From positions 2,554 through 66,553 of the IMG/VR virus record IMGVR_UViG_3300045988_136447: DNA of 64,000 nt; one strand, 5' to 3'. The position numbers and the translations under genes are program-made. The notes under the pieces are model-generated. The model did not search any database, was not told the origin of the DNA, and worked only from the letters and a program-made list of their open reading frames with translations. This DNA comes from a virus. This document shows positions 18,549 through 27,770 of the stretch, piece by piece. Position 1 is the stretch's first letter. The number at the start of each line of letters is the position of its first letter.

Positions 18549-19863
18549 AGTAAAGATTGTGCATTTTATCAAGGGCATCACTGCATCAAATAAGCGGAAT
18601 GACAAGAGAAACTTCCTGAGTGCGTTTTCGCGTGATGAAGATATCAAGTTGTTTCTCTCGTACATGTATAACCCGTACACTACATTTGGAATCACAGGAA
18701 ATCAGGCAATTACGCATAACTGCTCAGACTGCAAATGCACTGATATCTTTATGTTGTTTAGGATGCTTGCAGAGCGCAAGCTTACTGGAAATAATGCGCT
18801 GTCTGCCGTAAAGTATTATATTGAAACTGCGGCATCCGCAGTTGTCGCATTTCAGCCCGAATATGACTTGACCTCTATTCGAAGTATCTTTGTAGATATC
18901 TTTAATCGCAATTTGAAAATCGGGATCGACAGTGCGACTATCAATGAAGTGCTTATAGGCCTGATTCCTGAATTTAAGGTTGCCCTTGCATTCGACATTA
19001 ATAAAAACGAAAAGTATAGAGATAGGATTTCCAAGGAAGAATATCTCATTTTGCGCAAGCTGGATGGCGTCCGTTGTATCACTATCATTAAGGATCATGA
19101 CATAAGATTTTTCTCAAGAATTGGTAACGAGTTTACTTCACTCGGCACTCTCAAGCGTGAGTTACAGAACTTTGCCAATTTCCACAGAGACTGCGTACTC
19201 GATGGCGAACTGTGCGTAATTGATGACGAGGGAAGAGAAAACTTTAAAGAAGCGGTGTCGCAGATCAAGCGCAAAAATTATGATATGGAAAATGCGCACT
19301 ATAAAGTCTTCGACTACCTGACTTACCCGGAGTTTATGGGGTGTGTTGAAAGCCCGAAGTATGAAGATAGACTGAACTTCATCAGGAAAAGATTCGAGGG
19401 CCTGTCTCCGTCCGTAAGCGTAGTCGGAGCGGTAAGATACACCCCGTATAACTTTACGAAGGCACAGTGCATTGTTGAAAAAAGAGGGTATGAAGGCCTG
19501 ATTCTCAGGGCGAATCAGCCTTATCTGGCGGGGCGCACTTCCGATCTTTTGAAGGTCAAAAAGTTTGTGAGTGCGGAATACGTCATTGAAGATACGATTG
19601 CAACCGAAATGAACATGATGGACATGAATGGGCGCATGGTGCCTGTAAAATGTTTGGGGGCCTTTGTGATTCGCCACAAGGGTAATCCGGTATCAGTCGG
19701 CAGCGGGTTCACCGCCGAGCAGCGTATCGAGTTTTTGAAAAATGAAGAGAAGTACGTCGGAAGAACAATTACGGTTAAATATTTTGAAGAGACAACGGAC
19801 GCGCATGGCGCTGCCAGTTTGCGCTTCCCCATTTTCGTCGGTTTCCGAGATACATTAATTTAG
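18538..19863 (+). CDS. ATP-dependent DNA ligase
   Basis: Adenylation motif KLDGVRC (KxDGxR); AAGGA RBS before ATG 18538. Confidence 0.8.
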   Translation: MSIEVKIVHFIKGITASNKRNDKRNFLSAFSRDEDIKLFLSYMYNPYTTFGITGNQAITHNCSDCKCTDIFMLFRMLAERKLTGNNALSAVKYYIETAASAVVAFQPEYDLTSIRSIFVDIFNRNLKIGIDSATINEVLIGLIPEFKVALAFDINKNEKYRDRISKEEYLILRKLDGVRCITIIKDHDIRFFSRIGNEFTSLGTLKRELQNFANFHRDCVLDGELCVIDDEGRENFKEAVSQIKRKNYDMENAHYKVFDYLTYPEFMGCVESPKYEDRLNFIRKRFEGLSPSVSVVGAVRYTPYNFTKAQCIVEKRGYEGLILRANQPYLAGRTSDLLKVKKFVSAEYVIEDTIATEMNMMDMNGRMVPVKCLGAFVIRHKGNPVSVGSGFTAEQRIEFLKNEEKYVGRTITVKYFEETTDAHGAASLRFPIFVGFRDTLI

Positions 19864-19883
19864 TAATTTTCCGTTTAGGGTAC

Positions 19884-19911
19884 TTGTAAAGTTAAAAACA
19901 CCTGCTATATT
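19884..19911 (+). promoter_or_regulatory. sigma70-like promoter (TTGTAA-16-TATATT)
   Basis: Intergenic between ligase and the next gene. Confidence 0.5.
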
Positions 19912-19944
19912 AAGTTAAACCAAAACTAACACAAGGAGGCGGCA

Positions 19945-20241
19945 ATGTCGAGTATTTGCACAAAAGAAGACTACGTACAGTACACAGAAGAGTACGTAAA
20001 TGCGCTTGGGAAGAGCATGAAAGCAACGGCTGCGTATGAGATCGCCAAGCACAAAACACGCTTGAAACTCTATGCAAAGAAAGCAGCCGGAGAGAAGTAC
20101 ACGGAAGAGCAGATCAGAACGATGTCCATTGTGGAAAATGAGGAGCTGTACATCGAGTATATGAACGCTTCCTGTCGACTGGAAAAAGCACGTTCCGTGC
20201 TTGAATGTATGAAAAATATCTACAACAAGGAGGATAAGTGA
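19945..20241 (+). CDS. hypothetical protein
   Basis: 98 aa, AAGGAGG RBS, downstream of a sigma70-like promoter. Confidence 0.5.
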   Translation: MSSICTKEDYVQYTEEYVNALGKSMKATAAYEIAKHKTRLKLYAKKAAGEKYTEEQIRTMSIVENEELYIEYMNASCRLEKARSVLECMKNIYNKEDK

Positions 20242-21392
20242 TGGGTAACGCGCAAACTTTTCTTGAAAGGCTGAGAGCCGAACGTGAACGGCGTCTTGCA
20301 AAAAACAAAGAAGCGGTCAGCGGAGAATCTCGGGAATTTCTCCTCACCGAAAATCTTCCGGAAGGGAATAAACTGTGGTGGCCTTCCGAAGATACGGAAG
20401 TCACGATGCACATTCTCCCCTTTATGGTGGGGAAGAAAGACAACATTGCGGAAGAGGAAGTCGGGCATTTCGCTATTGTGCGGAAAGTGAAAATCCATTT
20501 CCTCCCGAATCGGGCGGTAAAGGTGTGTCCGGAAACGTATGGGCATACTTGCCCGCTGTGTGAAAAGTATCGCTCGTATGCCAAAGACGAGCGAAGCAAG
20601 AAGGGCAGCCCGGCCACGAAGTACAAAGCAAAGGAACTCGCCCTTTTCAACGCGCTTTTCAGAGTTCCGGGCAAGGACGGAAAGAATCGTCTTGAGGTTC
20701 GGGTTGTGCGCGGAGGTGCTTTCGCCGGGTGGGAAAGCATCATGAAAGAGATCAAAGGCGAAGCTGCCATTAAGGCAAATGCACCTTATGCAGACAAGAT
20801 TTACATGTTTGACGATCTTGTCGATGGGTATTGGATGAATATCCGGTGTAATAAGGCTTCCATTGCTGGCGGGAGCGGCACTGGGGATGCATCGTTCATG
20901 CAGTTTACCCGCGTGAATCTTTTGTGGAAAGAGAAGTCTTCCCCGATCCCCGAAGCCATCATTCCCCGCATTGCGGATATCGACATGCTCATCCCTCCCC
21001 CGGCTACAGCCGATGAACTTCGGTCGGCCTTTGATATGAAGGATGCCAGCGTCACGGAAGCGGAGGAAGAGGAGTTCGAAAGTCTTGAACTTTCGAACGA
21101 GACGCTTGATGAGATTGACTGCGGCCCCAAAAAGAATCCGGAGCCGGAGCCGGAAGCCGAAGAAATCGACGATCTCGAAGAGATGGAGGAAGAAGTGAAG
21201 GGAGAGGTTGAAGAGGAGCCCGAGCCCGAGCCTGAGCCGAAAAAGAAAGCAGAAGTCAAGCGCAAACCCGCCAAGAAGGTCGAGCCGGAGCCGGAACCCG
21301 AGCCGGAGCCGGAAGTCGAAGAAGCCAAATCCGAAGATTCGGAAGAATCTGATGATAGTGACCCCTTTGGCGATGACGAGTTTGATTTGTAA
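20238..21392 (+). CDS. SSB-like protein with EPEPEP repeats and acidic C-terminus (DDSDPFGDDEFDL)
   Basis: Acidic aromatic C-terminal tail as in T7 gp2.5, T4 gp32 and SSB; position in replication module. Confidence 0.45.
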   Translation: MMGNAQTFLERLRAERERRLAKNKEAVSGESREFLLTENLPEGNKLWWPSEDTEVTMHILPFMVGKKDNIAEEEVGHFAIVRKVKIHFLPNRAVKVCPETYGHTCPLCEKYRSYAKDERSKKGSPATKYKAKELALFNALFRVPGKDGKNRLEVRVVRGGAFAGWESIMKEIKGEAAIKANAPYADKIYMFDDLVDGYWMNIRCNKASIAGGSGTGDASFMQFTRVNLLWKEKSSPIPEAIIPRIADIDMLIPPPATADELRSAFDMKDASVTEAEEEEFESLELSNETLDEIDCGPKKNPEPEPEAEEIDDLEEMEEEVKGEVEEEPEPEPEPKKKAEVKRKPAKKVEPEPEPEPEPEVEEAKSEDSEESDDSDPFGDDEFDL

Positions 21393-21401
21393 TCAATAAC
21401 T

Positions 21402-21427
21402 TATAGGGGAGGTGTTCCCTCCCCTAT
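21402..21427 (+). terminator. intrinsic terminator hairpin after the SSB-like gene (AGGGGAGG-TGTT-CCTCCCCT, then T-rich)
   Basis: Seen directly. Confidence 0.6.
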
Positions 21428-21433
21428 TGAGGT

Positions 21434-21643
21434 TTGATAATGGAGATCGGCTACAAACGTACGGTCAGAGTAAGAGCTTACGAATGTATTACGATGGAAG
21501 TCACCGCAGAGGTTGACGAATTCGATTTTACAGAGCTTAAGCAGAAACTCGACAAGGAAATCGAAGAACATGCCGCATACTTAAAGGTAAAGGGAAGCGG
21601 CGTGTGTGACGAAGACGAAGAACATGCTATTTACGAAGAATGA
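21434..21643 (+). CDS. hypothetical small protein
   Basis: 69-aa ORF after terminator hairpin. Confidence 0.35.
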   Translation: MIMEIGYKRTVRVRAYECITMEVTAEVDEFDFTELKQKLDKEIEEHAAYLKVKGSGVCDEDEEHAIYEE

Positions 21644-21948
21644 AAAGACACAGAAAAGAGGTAGACGATATCTACCACGTTGAGCTTGATCTCAATCAAG
21701 TTAATCCCTCTATGTCAGTTGACGATTTGAGGGAGGTTGCACTTCGTAATAACGTGTACCTAAAGTATAAGCGGGATTCGGGACTTACCGACGAAGCTTG
21801 GGTGAGGGCTCTTTCCATCAAAAATGAAAGGGAGCGTGCATATTCGAACCTTACAACTATGGTTCCGAATACCATACTTAACAAGGCGCGAATCGTGTCG
21901 CTCTCAGTTAAAAAACTTGTTTCGACACTACATAACAGAGGATTATAA
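21640..21948 (+). CDS. hypothetical protein
   Basis: 102-aa ORF, ATGA-coupled. Confidence 0.4.
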   Translation: MKRHRKEVDDIYHVELDLNQVNPSMSVDDLREVALRNNVYLKYKRDSGLTDEAWVRALSIKNERERAYSNLTTMVPNTILNKARIVSLSVKKLVSTLHNRGL

Positions 21949-21950
21949 AC

Positions 21951-22832
21951 ATGAAGAAAATCGAAGCTCCTGAAAATGCGGCAAAACTTCTCGTTGATGT
22001 TCGTGGTGTTCTTTATGGTGCCTTCTTTTGGGCGCGAAAAACTTACAATATGGAGAACACGAAAGAGTTTCACGGAGCTATTCTGTACAGATTCTTTCAG
22101 AAGCTGAAATATGCGCATTACTACGCAAATACGAATCGCATTTATTTCTGCCTCGATTCAAAAGAATCGAAACGCAAGGAACTTTACCCTGAGTACAAAG
22201 CGAATCGCATCAAAAATGAAGACCTGATTGCCTGCTTTCCGTTTTTTGAAAAAATACAGAATACCATTCTCCCCGGAATGGGATTCAACAACGTAGTTCA
22301 GTACGAAGGTCTCGAAGCTGATGACATTATCGCCTCTATCTGCATCAATGAAAAGAAGCTCCCTGTTGTAATTTACTCTGAGGACGCTGACCTGTATCAG
22401 TGTCTTAAAGGCAACGTCACGATCCTCAGCCCGAGCCACTCATCTGATAAATTTCCGTCTTTGATGACGGTATTGAAGTTTCAGAAAATTTTTGAGCTCG
22501 ATCCGTCCATGTGGGTTGAAGTGAAGGCTATTGCAGGGTGTGCGACAGACAACGTTAAACTCTTGAAGGGGATCGGTGAGACTACCGCTATCAAGTATCT
22601 GAAAGGCGAACTCAAGGGCGGGATGAAAAAGGCCCTGATCGACGTCAGTCCTGATGTTATCGCGTTTACAAGAAAGCTCGTTGAGCTGCCGTTCGGTGGC
22701 GAAGTTCTTGATATCAAGTATAAGCCCGATGACTTCAACAAGGAATACTTTGCAAAAGTGATCCAAGAATATGGTTTGGCTTCTATGGCCACTGATTCTT
22801 TTTGGAACGATTTCTTTGGGTGGGGTGCATAA
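21951..22832 (+). CDS. 5'-3' exonuclease / flap endonuclease (FEN, PolI 5' nuclease-like)
   Basis: GLEADDIIASI; SEDADLYQCL; HhH motif IAGCATDNVKLLKGIGETTAIKYL. Confidence 0.8.
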   Translation: MKKIEAPENAAKLLVDVRGVLYGAFFWARKTYNMENTKEFHGAILYRFFQKLKYAHYYANTNRIYFCLDSKESKRKELYPEYKANRIKNEDLIACFPFFEKIQNTILPGMGFNNVVQYEGLEADDIIASICINEKKLPVVIYSEDADLYQCLKGNVTILSPSHSSDKFPSLMTVLKFQKIFELDPSMWVEVKAIAGCATDNVKLLKGIGETTAIKYLKGELKGGMKKALIDVSPDVIAFTRKLVELPFGGEVLDIKYKPDDFNKEYFAKVIQEYGLASMATDSFWNDFFGWGA

Positions 22833-23284
22833 TGGTTTTTATCGGGATTGATCCGGGAAAAACAGGAAGCATTACCGTGCTGGACGAGAAGGAAGGCACG
22901 GTAAATATCACATCAATGCCTAAAACGATTGCAGAAATGCAAGACGTGTTTGATTCTATTTGCAGTAATCGGAATATGAATGAACTCTATGCCGTACTGG
23001 AACAGGTTCATTCTATGCCGGGGCAGGGGGTTGCTTCATGCTTTACGTTCGGTAAAGCCTATGGGTGGCTTCAAGCCATGCTTGCCGCACATCATATTAA
23101 GACGATCGAGATTACCCCCCAAAAATGGATGAAACTGATCGGTGCCTTGCCGAAAGACAAGCACGCCCGTAAAGTCGCAATTCAGGATTGGGTACAAAAA
23201 CGGATCGGCAGGGCCTGCGGTCTTGGGGTTGCCGATGGGGTTGCACTTGCTATTTTATGTAAAGAGATTTGGAGGTTGAAATGA
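22832..23284 (+). CDS. RuvC-like Holliday junction resolvase
   Basis: MVFIGIDPGKTGSITVLDE matches the RuvC N-terminal IGIDPG..G motif. Confidence 0.6.
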   Translation: MVFIGIDPGKTGSITVLDEKEGTVNITSMPKTIAEMQDVFDSICSNRNMNELYAVLEQVHSMPGQGVASCFTFGKAYGWLQAMLAAHHIKTIEITPQKWMKLIGALPKDKHARKVAIQDWVQKRIGRACGLGVADGVALAILCKEIWRLK

Positions 23285-23514
23285 ACTACGTCCCTAAACT
23301 TGGAAGATACATTGCAGAGCACGATATCGACCTTCGTCACACCGCAAAGCGTTTGCATATTTCGCTGAATGCGGCGCGGCGCTATGCCTATGAAACAGGC
23401 ACAACACGGATGTTTGCTGCTATGGCTTGGGCTTATGCGCTGAATTGCACGCCTGAGGATTTGCTCGAAACAAAAGAAACTGGTGATGCGTTGCAGTGGA
23501 AAGACAAGAAATAA
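23269..23514 (+). CDS. hypothetical small protein (possible HTH)
   Basis: 81-aa ORF. Confidence 0.4.
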   Translation: MEVEMNYVPKLGRYIAEHDIDLRHTAKRLHISLNAARRYAYETGTTRMFAAMAWAYALNCTPEDLLETKETGDALQWKDKK

Positions 23515-24695
23515 AATCCATCGAGCTTGTCAACATCCAAAAGCACAAGCACATCACATTGTCGCTTTCCGGTATCAACGTATTAATCGGAGAGACGGAA
23601 AGCGGCAAAACGTCAATTTTACGCGGTATTCTGTGGAACATCCTCAACAATACGTCTGGCGAAAAGCTCCTCAATAACGATGGCGCAAAGGCCTGCTCTG
23701 TGACCATTACATGCGGTGACGATGTAGTGTCTCGGAACTGGAGTAAAACGGAAAACACTTACGCATTAAACGGCAAGAAGTTTTCCGCTATCAGAACGTC
23801 TGTTCCGGATGAAGTAAGTAAGCTGTATGCCGTCGATTCCGTAAACATACAGCGCAGACGCGACGTGCCGTTTATGGTGTACTATAAGGACACTGAGTGC
23901 GCTAAACAGTTTGGGGATATGCTGGACGTATCGGAAATCGATCAAACGATCGGGGCCAGTAATGCCCATGTACGCGAACTTAAAACGGAATGTGACGCCC
24001 TGAGCGCCGCGGTATCAAGCGGTGAAAAGGAGCTTGAAGAGCTTTCGTTTATCGATGAAGCTGCTGAATCGTTTTCTGCAATCAAAGAATTAGTAGTGTC
24101 TGCTGATTCTGAGGAAAGAAAACAGGAACGTTTTGGGGTTTTATCCGAGAAACTCACGCAAGCCGCCGAGTACACAAACAAGTACATCGCGCTTGGTGAC
24201 GCACTTAAACAGTTTACTGCGCTTGACAAGTTCAGCGAAGATATAACCTGTATTCAGGGGCAGTTGGAAACCTATATAACTTTGCATACTTCTCTAATGA
24301 GTACGAAGAAGCTGTTTGATAAGTACACTAAGTATGATGAAGCTTATCATCTATTAATGTACTTTAATAATGATGCATCTGTACTTAGGGAAATTATTGC
24401 AGGGGGCAAAGAGCTTTCTGCTCTGAAAAATGAGCTTGTATCTTTAGACTGCTCTAAATTTGAAAATTTAGACGAATCCATTAAGGAGCTGAATCAGATC
24501 ACCAACTCTGCCGAGGAGATCGGTGCTATTGAAAATAAGGTTCATTCTTTATTTTTACTTTCAACGGACTACGTACAGGCGCAGACAGACAAAACGAAAA
24601 AAGAAGATCGGTACAGTGCTCTTCAACGGAAATTCAAGTCAGAAATGCCGAAAGTATGCCCGCTGTGTAATCAACCGATAGAGGTGCATGAATGA
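23496..24695 (+). CDS. Rad50/SbcC-like ATPase, N-terminal half (Walker A plus coiled coil, ending in CPLC hook-like motif)
   Basis: INVLIGETESGKTSIL Walker A; long coiled-coil; C-terminus ...KVCPLCNQPIEVHE; GTG start. Confidence 0.6.
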   Translation: MERQEIKSIELVNIQKHKHITLSLSGINVLIGETESGKTSILRGILWNILNNTSGEKLLNNDGAKACSVTITCGDDVVSRNWSKTENTYALNGKKFSAIRTSVPDEVSKLYAVDSVNIQRRRDVPFMVYYKDTECAKQFGDMLDVSEIDQTIGASNAHVRELKTECDALSAAVSSGEKELEELSFIDEAAESFSAIKELVVSADSEERKQERFGVLSEKLTQAAEYTNKYIALGDALKQFTALDKFSEDITCIQGQLETYITLHTSLMSTKKLFDKYTKYDEAYHLLMYFNNDASVLREIIAGGKELSALKNELVSLDCSKFENLDESIKELNQITNSAEEIGAIENKVHSLFLLSTDYVQAQTDKTKKEDRYSALQRKFKSEMPKVCPLCNQPIEVHE

Positions 24696-25573
24696 AAATA
24701 CTTGCCATAGCGGATATGCACTTGACGGAGCACAGGCCGGTATGCCGCTCTGAAAATGAAAACTGGATTCAAGTAATTGATGAAAAATTCAATCAAATCA
24801 GAGACATGGCAGAAGGATTCTGCGCAGATCAAATCGTCATAGCAGGTGATGTTTTTGACGTTCCGGCAAGAAATACAAACTGGTTCATGTGTCAGTGCAT
24901 TACATGGTTTGATATGCTGAAAACCGTTTGCCCGGTGAATGCAATTCCCGGAAATCATGATTTGATTATGGGGGATCAGGACAGCATTTACAGTACAAGC
25001 TTCGGCATACTCGAACAGGCAGGATGCATCTCTATCCCTGAGAATTTAGGGATTATCCCTTACGGAGAAACTAGAATTCAAGGGGAAACTAAGGCAGTTG
25101 TTGCCCATCAGGGACTATGGCTGAAAGAAAAACCGTTTGAAGGGGCTTCTGACAGCGGAAATGTGCATACTTGGGTGAAAGAGCATTTGCCGGAAGAGTG
25201 CAGACTTCTGATTACAGGACATTTTCACGTTCCGTTCTGTTGCAAGTCTGGAAACACTGCGGTTATTAACTGCGGAAGTATGTTCCGTCTACGGGCCGAT
25301 CAGGTAGACTACCAGCCCGGAATGTGGTTGATTGACTACGATCAAAAGTCAGATTCCGTAAAAGTAAAACGAATGCCGTTTATCCTCACAAACCAAATCA
25401 GGAGAGACTACATTGAAGAAGCAGAAGAAAAAAAGAGACTTGAATCTCTGGTGGGTTCTGTTGAAGGAGACTTTGAATTGTCGCTCAATTTCAAAGATAA
25501 CTTTTACAACCTCACGTCTGAAATTGACAATCGAGAAGAAATAATCAAAGAGTTTGAAAGGTGTACTAAATGA
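24692..25573 (+). CDS. Mre11/SbcD-like nuclease (calcineurin-like phosphoesterase)
   Basis: MKILAIADMHL; IAGDVFD; IPGNHD; GHFH motifs. Confidence 0.8.
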   Translation: MKILAIADMHLTEHRPVCRSENENWIQVIDEKFNQIRDMAEGFCADQIVIAGDVFDVPARNTNWFMCQCITWFDMLKTVCPVNAIPGNHDLIMGDQDSIYSTSFGILEQAGCISIPENLGIIPYGETRIQGETKAVVAHQGLWLKEKPFEGASDSGNVHTWVKEHLPEECRLLITGHFHVPFCCKSGNTAVINCGSMFRLRADQVDYQPGMWLIDYDQKSDSVKVKRMPFILTNQIRRDYIEEAEEKKRLESLVGSVEGDFELSLNFKDNFYNLTSEIDNREEIIKEFERCTK

Positions 25574-25815
25574 ATGTAGCGGAAGAACTTTGTGATCTCA
25601 AACGTGCGTTGGAGACGGCAAAAGAGAATCGTGATCGTGCTCAAGGAAAACTTGAAGTGTTGCACAAGCAGCTTGAAGAGTATGGATTCACTTCCATTGA
25701 AGAACTTCAAAACGCCATCTCTGAGTTGAAATTGTCATACGAAAAGAAGAAAGTTGAGATTCAGGAGAAGATCAATGATTTCAAAAGAAAATATGGGGAT
25801 ATGCTCAACGATTGA
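25570..25815 (+). CDS. coiled-coil segment, probably part of SbcC C-terminal half (frame differs from next ORF)
   Basis: Heptad-rich sequence; overlaps 25754..26398 in another frame. Confidence 0.4.
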   Translation: MNVAEELCDLKRALETAKENRDRAQGKLEVLHKQLEEYGFTSIEELQNAISELKLSYEKKKVEIQEKINDFKRKYGDMLND

Positions 25816-26398
25816 GCAGTCACTACAAAATAAGATTGCATATAAAAATGTAATCATTAAACAGTTGGATGCCAAGAAAGCTCAATACGCTAAACTGAAA
25901 CATGAACTGGAAGTTGCGACAAGTACTCAAGCGCTGATTCAGGAAGCCGCACAACTTACACTATCCAGCATTTCGGTCAAGATAGATACCATCGTAACTA
26001 AGGTTATTCAGACGGTGTTTTCGAAGCCGTATAAATTCCATTTGGAGTTCAGAATCCTGTATGGGAAACTCGCTACGGATATGTATCTTGAGAGAGACGG
26101 AAAGCGCTATGATCCGAAATCAGATAACGGTGACGGCATGGTAGATATCGTAGCGCTGGCACTGAGGGTTGCAGTAATCTGCCTGGATAAGCGAAACTTG
26201 AGAAGGATTCTTATTCTTGATGAGCCTTGCGGAGCACTGTCCGTAAACTTCCAAGAGTACCTTGGAAAGATGTTGGAGTATTTTAGAGAAAAATTGAACT
26301 TTCAAATTTTTATGATTGCGGCACATGGTTCAAATTTGAATATCGAATCCGCAAAATATTTTGATGTTCAGAATTTCATTGAGAATGGAGAATACTAA
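25754..26398 (+). CDS. Rad50/SbcC-like ATPase, C-terminal half (Walker B, D-loop, H-loop)
   Basis: ILILDEPCGALSV Walker B/D-loop; FMIAAHGSN H-loop. Confidence 0.6.
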   Translation: MRFRRRSMISKENMGICSTIEQSLQNKIAYKNVIIKQLDAKKAQYAKLKHELEVATSTQALIQEAAQLTLSSISVKIDTIVTKVIQTVFSKPYKFHLEFRILYGKLATDMYLERDGKRYDPKSDNGDGMVDIVALALRVAVICLDKRNLRRILILDEPCGALSVNFQEYLGKMLEYFREKLNFQIFMIAAHGSNLNIESAKYFDVQNFIENGEY

Positions 26399-26401
26399 TA
26401 A

Positions 26402-26422
26402 AGGGGGCCGAGTGGCCCCCTT
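26402..26422. terminator. bidirectional intrinsic terminator hairpin (AAGGGGGCC-GAGT-GGCCCCCTT) between convergent arms
   Basis: Perfect 9-bp GC stem with T runs on both sides. Confidence 0.7.
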
Positions 26423-26427
26423 TATCA

Positions 26428-26814
26428 TTACACTCCGGTGACAAAGAACTTACGTGTAAACTTATCGTAAGTAATCACGTAAGTCACGTCAGCGGTCAGA
26501 GAAGTAGCGGTAAGCTGCGCCCCCGTAACTCCCGAATACAGCGGAGCGGAAGAACCGCAACACGTAGCGAGAAACACGAGGTTCGATGCCGTAGGGCTGA
26601 TAATCGGAATATTAACCCGAAAAAGCTCATTCCGGCACAGATTGCACATTCTTGCATTGATTCCAACGTTCATAGACGTATCGGAAACGGAAACCGAAGC
26701 CTTATACACCCAATTACCGTTGCAGTCTCGATACTCATTACTGCAAAGACAGTTGCAAGCCATAGTATCACCTCCTTCCATTGAGGATGGGATTAGTTGC
26801 AACCGCAACCGCAC
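26428..26814 (-). CDS. Cys-rich hypothetical protein (last gene of late operon)
   Basis: 128-aa ORF. Confidence 0.4.
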   Translation of the reverse strand: MRLRLQLIPSSMEGGDTMACNCLCSNEYRDCNGNWVYKASVSVSDTSMNVGINARMCNLCRNELFRVNIPIISPTASNLVFLATCCGSSAPLYSGVTGAQLTATSLTADVTYVITYDKFTRKFFVTGV

Positions 26815-27239
26815 GAGGGATACGACTTCACGCCACAGCCTGTAACGATGCTGTTAAGGGTATTGTTGACCTGCGAAAGCTGATTGTTGGTCTGGCAGCC
26901 CACGGCATTGACGATCGCCTGAGTGCGGAGAGCCTGAATCTCATTCGCCTGATCGGTGATCTTCTGCTGATTGATAGCGGCAAACCCTTCACGGATAAGC
27001 TGCGCATTCGCATTGGTCTGCTGAGCGATGAAGTTGAGTCCGGCGCGATTCTCACCAGTATATTCGCCTTGCTGGAAACAGGTCTGACAGCCGCCGCCTT
27101 GCATCGCATTGCCACAGCTTCCAAATCCATTTCCGAAAGCGTTGTTTTTACCAACGAGATAGCCGCCGATACCACCGATTACAGCGCCCCAAAGCGGCCC
27201 CCAACCGTTACCCGTGTTGTTTGTGACTGTTTCGTACAT
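26793..27239 (-). CDS. Gly-zipper / Cys-rich protein (GAVIGGIGGYLVG; C-terminal SCGCGCN)
   Basis: 148 aa; GxxxGxxxG glycine-zipper hydrophobic segment; Gln/Asn-rich. Confidence 0.45.
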   Translation of the reverse strand: MYETVTNNTGNGWGPLWGAVIGGIGGYLVGKNNAFGNGFGSCGNAMQGGGCQTCFQQGEYTGENRAGLNFIAQQTNANAQLIREGFAAINQQKITDQANEIQALRTQAIVNAVGCQTNNQLSQVNNTLNSIVTGCGVKSYPSCGCGCN

Positions 27240-27251
27240 AATCCGTACTCC

Positions 27252-27770
27252 TTATTGCGCTTTATTACTATCTGAATCAGAGCTTGCGCCAGCTTCCGAT
27301 TCAGCCCACGGCGGCTTACCGCCGACCGTGGTACGTTCAACTTTAGGCATCCCATTAGTTTCTTCCGGCTCTTCCGGGATAAGTCCGGCAGCTTTCGCTT
27401 TCGGAATGAATCTTTCAGCCACGTTGTCAGACAGAACTTTCAGCTTTTCGACAGTGGTATCCTTCCATCCCCTGTTCTTTCTGAACGAAATACATACGTC
27501 CATAAGGGAGTAGCCGGAAAGACTGGCGGCGGCAATTTCAGATTCCCAATCTGCAAATCCAAGAGCAAGCCCCCCCTGATAATACCTATCAAACATTGCT
27601 TGCTGTTCTGCCGCTTTATTGACAAGTCCGGGGCCGTTGTTGACGGTATCGATAAATGTGTTGAAAGATTTGATAACATGATCTGCCGGTTGTCTGAATA
27701 TGGATTCAATCTTAGCTTTTGTGCTAGGATTATTCATAATGAAAGGCATAATCAAATCTTGAAGATTCAT
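27252..27770 (-). CDS. hypothetical protein
   Basis: 172-aa ORF. Confidence 0.45.
   Translation of the reverse strand: MNLQDLIMPFIMNNPSTKAKIESIFRQPADHVIKSFNTFIDTVNNGPGLVNKAAEQQAMFDRYYQGGLALGFADWESEIAAASLSGYSLMDVCISFRKNRGWKDTTVEKLKVLSDNVAERFIPKAKAAGLIPEEPEETNGMPKVERTTVGGKPPWAESEAGASSDSDSNKAQ

Noticed and set aside
20801-21328. 175-aa minus-strand ORF, Ser/Gly-rich (SGSGSGSG)
   Set aside because: It is antisense to the GAGCCGGAGCCG (EPEP) repeats of the SSB-like gene. It is a low-complexity artefact.
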